A stretch of 64,000 bases of DNA from Antedon mediterranea (Eukaryota; Animalia; Echinodermata). The DNA lies in assembly GCF_964355755.1 (NCBI RefSeq), contig NC_092672.1, positions 28,712,437 to 28,776,436 on the forward strand. The letters are read 5' to 3'. A program made the translations under genes and the position numbers. Below are positions 12,301 through 25,400 of the stretch, one piece after another (positions within the stretch are counted from its first letter, which is position 1; each line of letters opens with the position of its first letter). Under the pieces are notes generated by a model. It was given only the letters and a program-made list of their open reading frames with translations, did no database searches and was not told the origin of the DNA.

Positions 12301-15300
12301 CCAATTCATACTTAAGTTGGTTCCTACCCTACCCACCCTGCGTTTAGGGGATTTGATGCACCGTAGGCCTATCCTCTACTGGCTTTACAACGCTACTCAT
12401 GCCAGTGAGGGAAGGGTGATGATGTGGGTGGTTTAAATGCAATAATAAAGATTTGTACATAATATACGGCGACTGAAAACGCTAGCTCATTATCCGTTAA
12501 AAAAAATTATATCCAACCTCTGCAGCACAGATTGAAAAAAAATGGATCGAATTTCTGTTATGAGTATACAGTACTTGCCTTTACGACGCCTGAGTGAATA
12601 GAAACTTGTGGAACAGAGATTGGAATGTTCCATTCATCGCAAATCAATACATTTGTATAAACGTACATTAAATCTATCAAAATAGTATTTTTTAAAGAAA
12701 AGTGGCCTGTCTTCAACATTATGATGCTGTACTCGAGCTGTTCAACCGGTTTTCAGCCATTAAAAACAATTATCGTAGGAGGAGATAGGAAAATGCGAAG
12801 CATCCTCGTATTATTGTCTGTGGGTATTTTTCAAGACGGACATCCATTAGACAGTGTATACCACGATCGAAAAACACCCCTATTTGGGGCAAATCGTTGA
12901 ACCTAAATTCGTTTTAATTGTCAATAACTAATTATCTAACTCAATTTAATTAGTAAATAGGGTTACATCAGGTGGTTAAAATCAGTACCGAGATTCTAAC
13001 CAACTTTATATACCATCGAGTAAACATTCTAAAAAAAACGCGCGATTTACCGAATTTTGCCCTTACGTAAATTTATATATAGATTTGTGTGTGTCTTAAT
13101 GCTGTTTGTGATGTAGGCTAATTTCACTACAAGCATGTGTATGCGAGTTTGGTGTTATGTAACAAGCCTTTCAATTAACATAGCTTCAGTTGACTAACGC
13201 AACGCGAAAATCAAACGAGTAAATTTAAAAAGAAATTGTGTTTTTAAACTACTCGCATAAACAAAACGTGCACATTAAATCAAAATATGTTTTAAAATTA
13301 CAAATCACAAATTATAACACTTGCCTCTTGTACAAAAATGAAGTTTTTTGGACAAGTAGTTTTAGAGAAAATGCAATTCCAGTTTACTTGTTACTTTAAG
13401 ACTGCTCGCCAGCTTTTGAAAAATTCTGTCCTGTCTTTTAACACTAGCAGGTCTGAAAAGTATACTAAAAAGTGGTCCAGAATTAGGACCATGGTCCCAA
13501 ACAAACACACGCTACCGATTACCATATATGAGACATGAGAATACGACTAATCCCCGGTAAAAACTGTGTTTTAATATTGCCTATTAATTGTGTTTAATTA
13601 CGCGCGGCACGGTTACAGAACTCGAGTGAATGACCGAGCGACAGTGGGACCGTAATTACGTAAGGTTCGAGGCTCACTCGCTCTATGGTTCTCTGGTGAC
13701 AGAACAAGTCGTCTTGTACCCCTTTTACACTATCACTGTAACAGCGGTGTAACCCCGCAGTTGTTAGTACACCGGTTCGTTAAACGCCGGTGTTGTGGTT
13801 TTTATTGACTGGTGTAAATGGGAAAATCCAACCACCCCGGTGTGGTCTCCCCGGGGTGAAACGAAGCTGAATGTTTTCCGGTGTACCTTCTCCGGTGTAG
13901 TCGAATCTACACCGGGGACAAGAAGTGTAAACGGTTTTTGTGGTTCACCGAGCTGTTAAAGGTCATTGATGTGAAAATGTAACATTTTGTCACAGAAATA
14001 CAATATATTATGCGAACAAAATAGGTTTTTTGCTTAAAATACACCCTTTTTGCTTAAAATAATAATTGTACGATATATTGTGCTCTTCGTTATTTTATTA
14101 TTTATTTATTTATATTTAAAGGCAAAAAAAAAATTTGTGATTTTTTTTTCTGCTGAAAATATTGAAATTTTTCGTGTGCATTCTACCTTAACCAGAAAGC
14201 CTAAAATAATGTAATATTGGTGTAACTCTACCCTGGCCGATTCTATATGTAGGCCTAATTATTGAAAAAGGGAAAACTATATAATACTGACGTCTTTAGG
14301 AACTGAAAAAGTAGGCCTATCATATAATAATTTTCCTTCATTGATACATTGTTATGCTAATTAACAAATACATTTTTTATTTTAAATACTTACCATACCT
14401 ACCCTATTTTTACGCCAACCTAACAATTTAAGGCCTATTTGTACGTACAGTCTACAAGGCGGAAATGCAGTCATTTTAAAAATAAAAATAATTGTTAGGC
14501 CCTAATTTTTAAATAATAAATGATAATCTTAATAGCCACAAAGAAAATATAACACTGGACTACATTCAAAATTAAATAAATTGTGTGTAAATTCGGATTA
14601 TTATGTTTTTATATGAGATTTGTCGATATGTTCCAGTATTTTAACATTTAAACCATTAGTCAGTTAAGTTCCACGTGTGCGCTTGCAATAGTGATTTGAT
14701 TGACAGCACCGGGGTGATCGATGTAGTGTAAATGGGCGCAACTCGAGTTCATCTCGCAGTTTTTTTGGCTAGTGTAAATGGAAATTGCCTCCGAGTTCAA
14801 CTCGTTTTCCTCTCTCAGTCGATAGTGTAAAAAAGATATTGGAGAAGGACTATAAACCTTACGTCCGGTGTACATAATCTAGCTCATGTACATCTTTCGA
14901 GACGAGTAGGGAGTTACCACGGTGTACTTAGAACATCAGAACCACTGATCCTAACTGGGCCCTCTGGGAGACCAGTCTTTCACTGAAGAGGTCGCCCAAT
15001 ATAAATAACATATTTCACTAAATTCAATCAATATAAGACTACAACAGTAAATGGCAACCCCATGGGGGTCAATATATCAGGGATGTATTTGTACTGAACC
15101 TATTTAAGTGTTATCAGCACTGTCAAAACTATCCACCTCAATATGATAATATAACGCCATATTAAACGGAACATATTTCGATAACATTCTTGAATTGTGA
15201 AATCAGGGTTCAAGCATATATTGCTTGCATTTGAAGCAGTGGTGGCGTCAACGGTGATGTCTCATGCCCGGTGGCATGCTGCCCGGCGCGACGAGCATCT

Positions 15301-16365
15301 ACAAAAACGACCACGGAACAGAGGGCTAGCATCTTCATTGAGTATTGCGCGTATTAGCAGGTGGTTCTAGCTATTGGCATTTTCAGAAAATGTCGCAATG
15401 GGATTTTATTTTGCTTTAGGCCTAATCCTCCTTCCTTATTGTCTTATTAATGTCTCAAAATAATTAGGCGTTTCACAATAAATTAAAACGAGTTAAAAAG
15501 GAGAGTATTTTCATGAGGTTAATAGAGTCTAATAAAGCCGGAATCAGGCTTTCGAAAAATGAAAAGTTTTTCCTCATTCAACAAATACAAAAAAATGTAA
15601 TGTTCTAATTTAAACTTAAAACATCTGACCTGTAATAGGCCTATGAAATACAACTTCACCGTGCAATAGATAGTATACTCAACAGCACGTGGTACAAAAT
15701 TTACCAATCAAATAGCAAGGATATACTGAGGTGTGGTATAATGCATTTTAATCTTATGTTATGAGCACACGTGCTACTTAAAAAGTTCAGTCAAAGTTCA
15801 CCAACAAACTTATCGATTACCAGACCACCTTAGTGCTGTTATGCAACATCGAATCGTTAGCCACTTCGTTGCCTTATTGATTTGTATTGTTTAGATCCGA
15901 CAACTACCTAGTATAAAATAACAAAGATTGATTAAGTATTGATTGTTTGAAAATGAACTAAACTTCAAACATTGTTTCACATTGTCGGCTTTCGTTTTAA
16001 TAGCATAGCTTATAGACAAAATCGAATACTAATTCTTTGATTTCGTTAATCTGTTTGAAGTTTAAAAAAACAAGTTTATTTTTGGAGATCCTATGAAAGA
16101 GCAAATTGTGTGAGAAGTCTCCATAAAACCGATTGGCTCATCGTGTAACCAAAGTAACACTAAACACAATTTCTTACAAAACAATAAATACAATTTTGCT
16201 TTGTTACTCTTATAACCAAACATGTTTCTTCACATGTCAGGTGTTCGTGGCATATGAACAATTGTATTCTTTTTTAAAATATAAATATAATGAGTATTTT
16301 GTTGCTTACAAAATAAGATAACATAATAATAATGTAAAATTCTCCTACATAAGATTTCTCCGGTA

Positions 16366-16400
<35 letters not shown>

Positions 16401-19400
16401 CTCCACCTTGGCTCCCTTTGTTATATTTCTTTTATTCCTGTCCACCCAAGCAGAACTTGCCAGCTTTATACTATGACGTTATCCAAATTCCTTCACTTGC
16501 ACTGATGAAGGGCTAGTGTTGCCCGAAAGCTCTGCTAACTTTTCTGGCTGTTTACTTTTATCGTTTTGATTAAGCTTTTCGCTTTTTATTTTTGTATCTC
16601 CATTGAGATCCAGCCACTGATACCCACAGCATTGTCATTTTTTTTCAGTAATTTGCCTTTGGATTTATATATACATATATATATATATATATATAAACAC
16701 AAGAGGCAAAGAACTTTTAATTCTAAACCGCCCGGTGATATACTGAAATTTAATTAATTAATTTGAAACGATAAAGATGAGGAAATCTGTGAGAATGAGA
16801 AAAAGTCGCCCCAACCGAGACTCGAACTCGGACCGCCTGCTTGATATACAGATGTCCTAACCATTAGATATAATAATAATATAATATATATATATATTTG
16901 TGTTGTCTTAATGCTGTTAGTGATTTAGGCTAATTTCACTACAAGCATGTGTATGCGAGTTTGGTGTTATGTAACAAGCCTTTCAATTAACATAGCTTCA
17001 GTTGACTAACGCAACGCGAAAATCAAACGAGTGAATTTAAAAAGAAATTGGGTTATAAATAAAATAAGATAACATAGAAATGTTTGTCCATTTAAAGAAA
17101 TATAATTTACGGATCACTTAAGCAAAATATAAAAAATATTACCCCTCGTAAAAAAATAATAAATAAAATAAATCTAATGCGTATTTTGTTACTTATAAAA
17201 TAAGATAACATAGAAATGTTTGTCAATTTAAAGAAATACAATTTACGGATCACTTAAGCGAAATACAACCCATTATTACCCCTCGTCCCGTTCATGACAA
17301 AAGCATATATAAAAAAAAAAGAGTTTAAGGATGTCGAAAGGAGGATTTCCGCTGGTAACACATTCTATACTGCGTTGTGTTTTTTGTGACATCTATTTCT
17401 AAGAAAAATGATTAATAATTTATACAAATAAACTCAGGCATGTCGTCGCATCAATTTTGATTGCTTAACTTGTTATATATTTTTAGGAGTTGCGTCAAAA
17501 GTTACGAGTATATGGCCAAGGCGTGGTAGCTATGAAGGTGCAACACGAATAGCTATATCTGGAAAAGGTAATTGTCTATTATATTCAAACTTTAAATTAT
17601 CAAATTCAAATTAAATAACCTAAATAAATAATATTAAACACAAAATAAAAGACCTGATATAATATTCGCATGGTTTTATTTATTATTTATTTTACTTTAG
17701 ATTTTAGTCCTGATCAATTTAATTACGGTGATGAGAATGAGAAAAACGGTAATCGTGTTTATTTACGCTCAACTACAGCAACCGTAGAGTGTGACGTAAT
17801 CACTTACTGGACTACAGAAAGTACAATTTACTGCGATACAAGGTATGTAATGATAATTTGGTTTTATGTGCACAGTTAGCTAATTTCGACCGATTTACCC
17901 GGCTAAATAACTATCAATTCTAACTGTATCAGCATTCTGAAAGCCATGACTTCATCAATTCTAATGACGTAATGTTATCTAGTTTCTTTTAAACAATGTT
18001 TGGGCATTTGGTTTCACTTTTAGAGCTGCGATTCCCGGTGACTATTACATTTACGTTACAGTCGATGGGAAAGAAGTTGATACCTACTGTAGTAACTCTA
18101 ATAATTGCAGATTTCAGGTAATAATAAAGTGGTTTTATTTAGTTTGCCCTAATGTGTAGGCCTAATGATTCTTCATCAAGAAGAATAAAGTGTACGTTAG
18201 TAAATTAAACACCAATTTAGTAATAAATTAGTTTGTAAACAAAACTTTAGTGCGGCAAATGGAACAGATAAGATATGATTTGTCAGAGGAACGAGATATA
18301 AACCTTTGCAACATTAGATACACATTTCAGTACCGCAATTGAATCAAACAAAGCGATCATTTTTGCTATATTTTTTTTTACCAGAAATGTTTTATATAAA
18401 ACAATATTACAATTGTCTGTTCTTTATACTTATTCAACTAGTACAAAAGTAATAGAACACCAATAGTAAGACTTGTTTGGCCACGATCTGGAACTCCAGG
18501 TAAGTTAGAATTTGTAATAAGATAATAAAATATTTCTATACTTAAATATTGATTTAGCCTGATAATAACCACTCGATACGTTAAATAAACTAAAAAAATA
18601 GCATGGCCGCATAAATTTCACGTTATATTATGTATTTCCAAGACTAAATTTACACAGAAAAGCGGTAACGGTAAGCCGCGTACCTGGTCCCACATAGAAT
18701 ATATATCTTCCGCTCAACAACCGTCCGCTCCGCGTTTTGTGTAAATGGCAAATAAATGGATAACATAGATTCTATACGCGACTCTATAGTTCACTATGTC
18801 GGTCGGTCGGTCGGTCGGTCGGTCTGTCGGTCTGTCGGTCTGTCTGTCGGTCCGGTATCACTATGCGTTTTATCGCTTTCTGAACTTATCTTGATATCAG
18901 TTTAATCTAGCTAAGTTAATTTTTCACAGTATATTCCTTATGGCCAGGAATCGATGTGGTTATGTTTTCACGGTGCGCAATAAAAAATTACGCGGTCTAC
19001 GCACGATTTAACGAAATCACGTTTGTAATCATATCTTCACAACAATGAATCACAATTAAATAAAATTTGGTACTCATAAATTTCAGGGCATAAATCATTA
19101 TATAGCAATACAATTACGTGCGTAGCGCATGTAACGCATGCGTACGCGCGCTTAAAATTTTCAAAATTTATTTTCGATGAAATAAGAGTACGTTTCAGGC
19201 AATTTTAAGCGTTTACAAAATTGCCATGAGTGCGCAGATTTTGCGCGCGCACTGCGCGTTAAATGTTATTGCGCACTCTTTTTGCCCGATTTCTATTTTC
19301 TTGACTTACTTTTCAACTCGAAATTACGTTATACGAGCACGTCAAAAGTGACAGGCTACGCACGTGTAAATTAAAAAAATATAAATGTTTTTAAAAATTT

Positions 19401-22400
19401 CAACATTTTTAAACATGTTCAGTAATTTCGGTCAGTTGGTAGGTTGGTCGGTCGGTCGGTAAACACTAATGAGCACGCGACTGCAGACATCTATATGGCC
19501 TTGTTATTTTCCGCTTACCGTTTACCGCGTAGTGTTACCCGCTCCTCTGTGTAAATTGTCCTTTTTAAATGTATGAATGAAATGTATGCTATATCACACT
19601 AAAGACTTAAATTGAGTTTAATCGACCTGAGTTTATTTTCACGCATTGCAGATTCTACGTTGAATTTCTATGGCTATATTGTAACTGATATTGTTACACC
19701 AAGTCAATCTCAATCTGATGAATATGAAGACTCAAATACCGACATTGAAATTCAAAGGTACGCCTGAAAAACAGAAAATCGTAAAGCTCTGTCTACCCCC
19801 TCAAACTAGTTTGAATAAAAAGTGTGATGTGCACAGATAATGGCAGTGATATACCCAAATATGGTAGTGATATGACATCATGTCTATATATGGGCACATC
19901 CATTTTTTGGATAGTGTAGACAGAACTTGAATGAAACAACAAAAACTAAGCATACAGTTGTGTAACTACTGCTGTACAATCAATCTTAATTTTTTTACAT
20001 TATTAGGAATTGTATAATTAAATCTTATACATGCTAGAAACCTTCTTTAAAGGTGGAGTACAGTAGTATTTAGTATAACATTATTCGTCTAGCCTGTTTT
20101 TGTTTCAAATGTATGAATTTAGGATAAAAAGATTCTTAAGGATCCTCCTGAAAAAATAATTTTTAACAATTTTGTTGTTGAATATGTAATTTTAAAGTAT
20201 AAAAAAAATAATCCAATGGGTTTGTGGTAGAATTTAACCATTTTTTGTGTAATTAATTGATTTTGCAATTGTATAAGTGAAACATTATTTGTTTTCTTTT
20301 TTTTCTACGGAAGTTGATAACTTTATTTTACTACAAAATAACCTATATAAAGTGTTTTTGGGGGACAATACATCTTTAAGCAGAGCCACAACGTAAAACA
20401 CCTGATGCAAAATTTCAATCGTATAACTGTAGTTCAAATTTGTTGTTTTTAGGATATATATGGGATCTAGTATCTGTGATCCTATTGACCAAGAAACGGG
20501 AACTGTGTAAGTATTCATGTGTTGGTTATGTTTTAAGTAGGCCTACAGTTTCTATTACCGAATTTATTATTAACTCGATCAAATGATCAGAGATATTGGT
20601 AAATGTCATACCCTGGGTATATATAGGTCTTTGTTTATACCACAATGACAAGTTCACAATTATGACAAATCTATTATACCATGCATAACAATATCTAGTA
20701 TGACTTAATACTAGTTCAATGATAATTCAGTAATGTGTTTTATAATTCTAGTATTTTACTATCTAAAACTGACATTTAAAACCGAGAGTGCTATTTGAAT
20801 CAAAAATAACATTCCGCTTTTAGAAATTAACCCATTAATCATAATGTTACACTACACATGAAGATGAGCAATTAGTAATTTCATATTTTCTTCTTTAAAT
20901 ATCAACTCATTTAGGTATGGTATTGACAAGGCTTCCAATGGTTGGGGAACCATTATTTGTAAACCGAACAGTACAATTGTTGGTAAGTGTTTAAAAAAAA
21001 GAAAATAACAACAATAGGTCATAAAATACACATTGAATATTAAGCCCTTTCTGTATTAGTCGGCCTATTGATATAACGACGTTTAAGAGATCACACAGCA
21101 ATAGATATTTTAACAGAATTGGTTGTCACAAAATTGACTATGAGATTATCGGAAATCAGCTCGTAATTTGGAGTAGGGTCTGAAGAACATAAAAAAATAA
21201 AATATATACATCACTAAAACAAATAATTACAGAAATCGTCTGCTAACAAGTTTTATGTAGGAGCGCTTAATGATTTCCTTTTTTTTAAACCATATTTAAT
21301 GAGGGTGATTCATCCAGCAATTGATGATCATCAGGGACCCTCAGAGACAAACATATACACAAGATGCTCTACATAAACAAAGTCTTATTACAAGTCTTTG
21401 TGAGTGAAATTGTAATTTTGTCCTTAGAAAAAATCCTGACATGTGACGGGACTTGAACGCAGGACCCTTGGAGTGGTAGTCAAGCATCGTAACCACCAAG
21501 CCACAACTCCTCCCCAAATGATTTGTTTCCATTTATAATAATAAAATAAGTTCTAGAACAGAGAAAGTGAAAAAGAAAAAAGAGTAAATAAATAAGCATA
21601 TACTGTACAAATGATATGTGTTTAGAGGAACGGATAGAATCTTTAAGCGTTGAAAGATAGATTAGATAACGAGATGGGCCAACGTACCTAAATGCTGTTA
21701 TTATATGTGATTATTGTATTGGTCAAGATATCTTCAAGATAAATACAAACCATTACCACACCTGAATCTACACACTAACGTGTCATTGATCAAATATAGA
21801 TTACACAGTCAGTCAACTAATAATAGTATTTGGTCAACAGAAAATGTACCAGTTTAGAGAGCGGTCAAGTGATCAACACGTGTTAATATAGTAGTGTTTA
21901 GCAATAGCAGTAATCATGTTTATTACAATAAAACAACTCTACATTGGGTTGAGCAATTATTACACATTATCGAAAAACTACATTGAATGCTCTTTCACAC
22001 CTGCGCCGATCCGGCTCAAAATAAAATCGCATCTCATTGTTTCGTTTCACGGCGCTCCACGCGGCCGGCTACGCACCAATCATTTTACTCCATATGCGTG
22101 TAGCCGCGTTGCGCGTCGTCAAAAAGATATGTTGTTATCACGAACCTGAACTGGAACTGGAGTCGAAACGGAGAAGATTATGAATGCCGCCTAGTTTTTG
22201 CTACTCTGAGTTAATGAATGACAATATAAATAAATTTTTGCTTTTGTCTCTGTTTATAAAAATCCTACAGCTATTATTATGGTATTGCTTTATGTTTCTT
22301 CATCTTATTTTGCCAGATTCGAAGAACATAACGTTCCTTGTGTCGTCTGAATGGGGTCGTTCATACACCGAGTCGGGTACTTATTCTGTTAGCTTTGGAG

Positions 22401-25400
22401 GAGAACTTTATTTATATCAACTACACACCGGTAAGAACGTAGTCCTAAATGTTGAATCTGTAAATCCAAAATTATTGCATAATAATAATCAAAAATCAAA
22501 TCATCAAATCAAATCAACATAATAAGAAGTAAATAACAATAACAAAAATGCAGTATTGCGTCATCATGTAATAAAGCAAAATGATACCCTTTTCAGATAT
22601 TAAAGGAGTAACACCAAATTACGGCAGCTACAGAGGAGGTACCCATATCACCATTGCTGGTAAATACTTTGGAACCAAGATAGAAAACGTTGCTGTTGAT
22701 GTTGGTGGAGTCAAATGTGAGTTAGTCAGCGTTAAAGATAATGCTATTGAATGCATCACTGGAGAACAGCCTAGCAATCAAACAACCTTTCCCGGCAACC
22801 GAGGTATTTACAGAGAAGTATGGACAGACACATATTTTAACAGGTAAACGATATTGTTTAATTGAAATTTGGAAATGTTTTAATTTCTTAAGTTTCTGTT
22901 CCTCCTTTTGGTCGTATTTACTGTAGATTATTTTAACGTAACTTTGACATTATGACCAAGAAAAAGAGTCTTTCCTTTTCGTTTTCTTTTCCATGTTATA
23001 GTAGCGTTGCAAAAATGACTTTCAAAGCGGTCAGCGCGAATTAAAACCGAGTCGCAGGATGTGCCATTGAGATTGAACATTTGAGGAAGCCAAACTTTGG
23101 ACCAAGCTGTTATACATGTGATTTTTTTCAATGTCACTTTCATGCAAACTTTTAGTTAGTTTGTCAAGTTTACGATGAGAGCAATAAGTCAGATGTTTAC
23201 ACTACCACCAGCAGTGTTATCAAAATTACCTCACCTGGTTTTCACTCATTTTCAACAACCGTCTTTATCTAAATGACTGTAAAGATAATCATAATTTGTA
23301 AGTTCTGACAAATTTACTGAGTGTATTATCAACATTATTGACAAATTTTTGTCGATATCTAATATTTTAGGGTTATCATAATTGATGTATGTTTCAAGAA
23401 TAACCAAATATTTGCCTAATTATCGGCTCACACGTTGAATCATAAAATGCAGGACATATTTGCAAACTTGTTGAGATGATAATAACTATAATGGTTCAGA
23501 ACGTTGATCTTCTAAATGACAAAGGCTAAATCCTTGTCCAGGGCATATAATATGATTGGTAAACATGTCTGTACGAACTTTAGGCCTAGGCCTACTTTTT
23601 CACAACAGATAAAAATTATCTTTGAAGTGCTGGTATTGTCTGTTATCTAAAACGATAAATATAACACTAGAAATAACGTATTGTTGCACTAGACCTATAT
23701 TGCCTTTTTCACCTTGTTAACATTTTATTCTTGTATTTTAAATATTTGTATTTTATGCTTTTCCTTCGGGAATTTTTAAAAATAAATGAATGAAACAAAA
23801 TAAATAAGTAAACCTAACATAATGTTGATCTTTGTGGTACTTTTGCAAAAGTGTGATAAGTTTTCCTTCACTTTTTATGTGTATAATCCTTGAGAATCTA
23901 TTTCAAAAGCTGTTCCAAAATAATCGTAAACTGTCACGATTTTATATATCCATATTAATTGACATATTTGCTTCTTACTTCAACGGCTTTAGTTATAGTA
24001 GTCCTAGATGCACACGTTTGGTTTTAAAAACTGTAAGTAATATGCTTCGGTGTAAGTTGTTGAACATATACATAAACATATACGATAGTAAAACTGATTT
24101 TTTTTCCTCATTTTAATTCATTTTAGTGACTTCTCTGATGCTAACTGGAACACATCGGCCAGTGATTACAACATTGAGGTGCGAGACGAGTTCCAGTCTC
24201 CAGATGATCCCACGTTTGGAGAGACCGATTACTACTCGTCCAGATATAGGGGCTATTTTGTGGCACCATACGACGGTGTATTTAAATTCATGATTTACAG
24301 CGATGACCAATCAGAACTATACTTCAGCATGACAGAGAATCCGGAAGATAAAGTAAGACATTTTAAAATGCTATTATAACACTGTATTACTTTATGTGCC
24401 TATTTCGTATATTTCTGACATAAAAGAATAATTTTCTGATGTATTTTGTCAAGGTGTATTTATAAAGAAATGTATTTAATAGTATTATCTGTTATAGTAA
24501 TAAAAACAGTCTATTAATAAAAAGAGACACGTAATAAATAGAGATGTGCGTTCAAAATGATGACGATGTTACTTGCCCGTTCACAAATGGATTACACTAG
24601 GATCCATCAGGATGTTAGTTCTCATTTCGGATACATTTAATGACTTCTTTCTTCTCGAATCAAAACTAACTTGTGCAAACGCATTCCAAATATGATGAAA
24701 TGAGATGAGTTTTTGGTATCCATAAAGAAACCATTTATTCCCTTTTTTTTGTAGGTAAAAATTGCATTCAATTCATGGGTAACAGGTAACTTTTACACCC
24801 GTCCCGACGAACAGATATCCGACGCGTTGACACTAACTGGCGGGAACCACTACTACATCGAAGCCTATCTTCGTGAAGGATACGGATCAGCCTATATCAA
24901 CGTTGGTTTGATGATGTTTGATCTGCCGATTAGTAATGCTGATTATAGCGGAGCAGTTAACGAAGAACAAACAATATCAATTACATCAACTAAGAATAAT
25001 GAACAACAGGTAGACCTAAATTAAATTTATTTTAAGTACCATGCCGTTCATACCTTGATTTTATCTTATTTTTCACACCTGTACTGGATTAGTTTCCTTT
25101 GCAAAATCCGCTCTATTATCAATGTAACCATGACATTGCATCAATCTCCAAAACTTACACTGACTTGAATACAAATGCCCGCTAATAATAGGACACTTGT
25201 AAAAGTAAGTCAGGCCTAGGTCATTCTGAAAAACAAGACAAATTGTCAAGCAAGACCAACAAAGAATATGACTACATGATGTACAGTTTGACTTTATCGA
25301 AATGTTTTAAACTATGCTATTGAAGGATTTACTTTTGTTAAACTGGCAGTGTCTCTCGCATTAAACTCAGTCTGCACTATTAAACTAGTCTGACAAAAAA

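Noticed and set aside
14982-14998. CTGAAGAG as a second hammerhead core
   Set aside because: No downstream stem II plus GAAA.
16806-16870. Possible tRNA genes here and at 21440-21514
   Set aside because: A and B boxes are present, but the cloverleaf and anticodon arms are irregular and run into repeat body, so they are interpreted as SINE heads.
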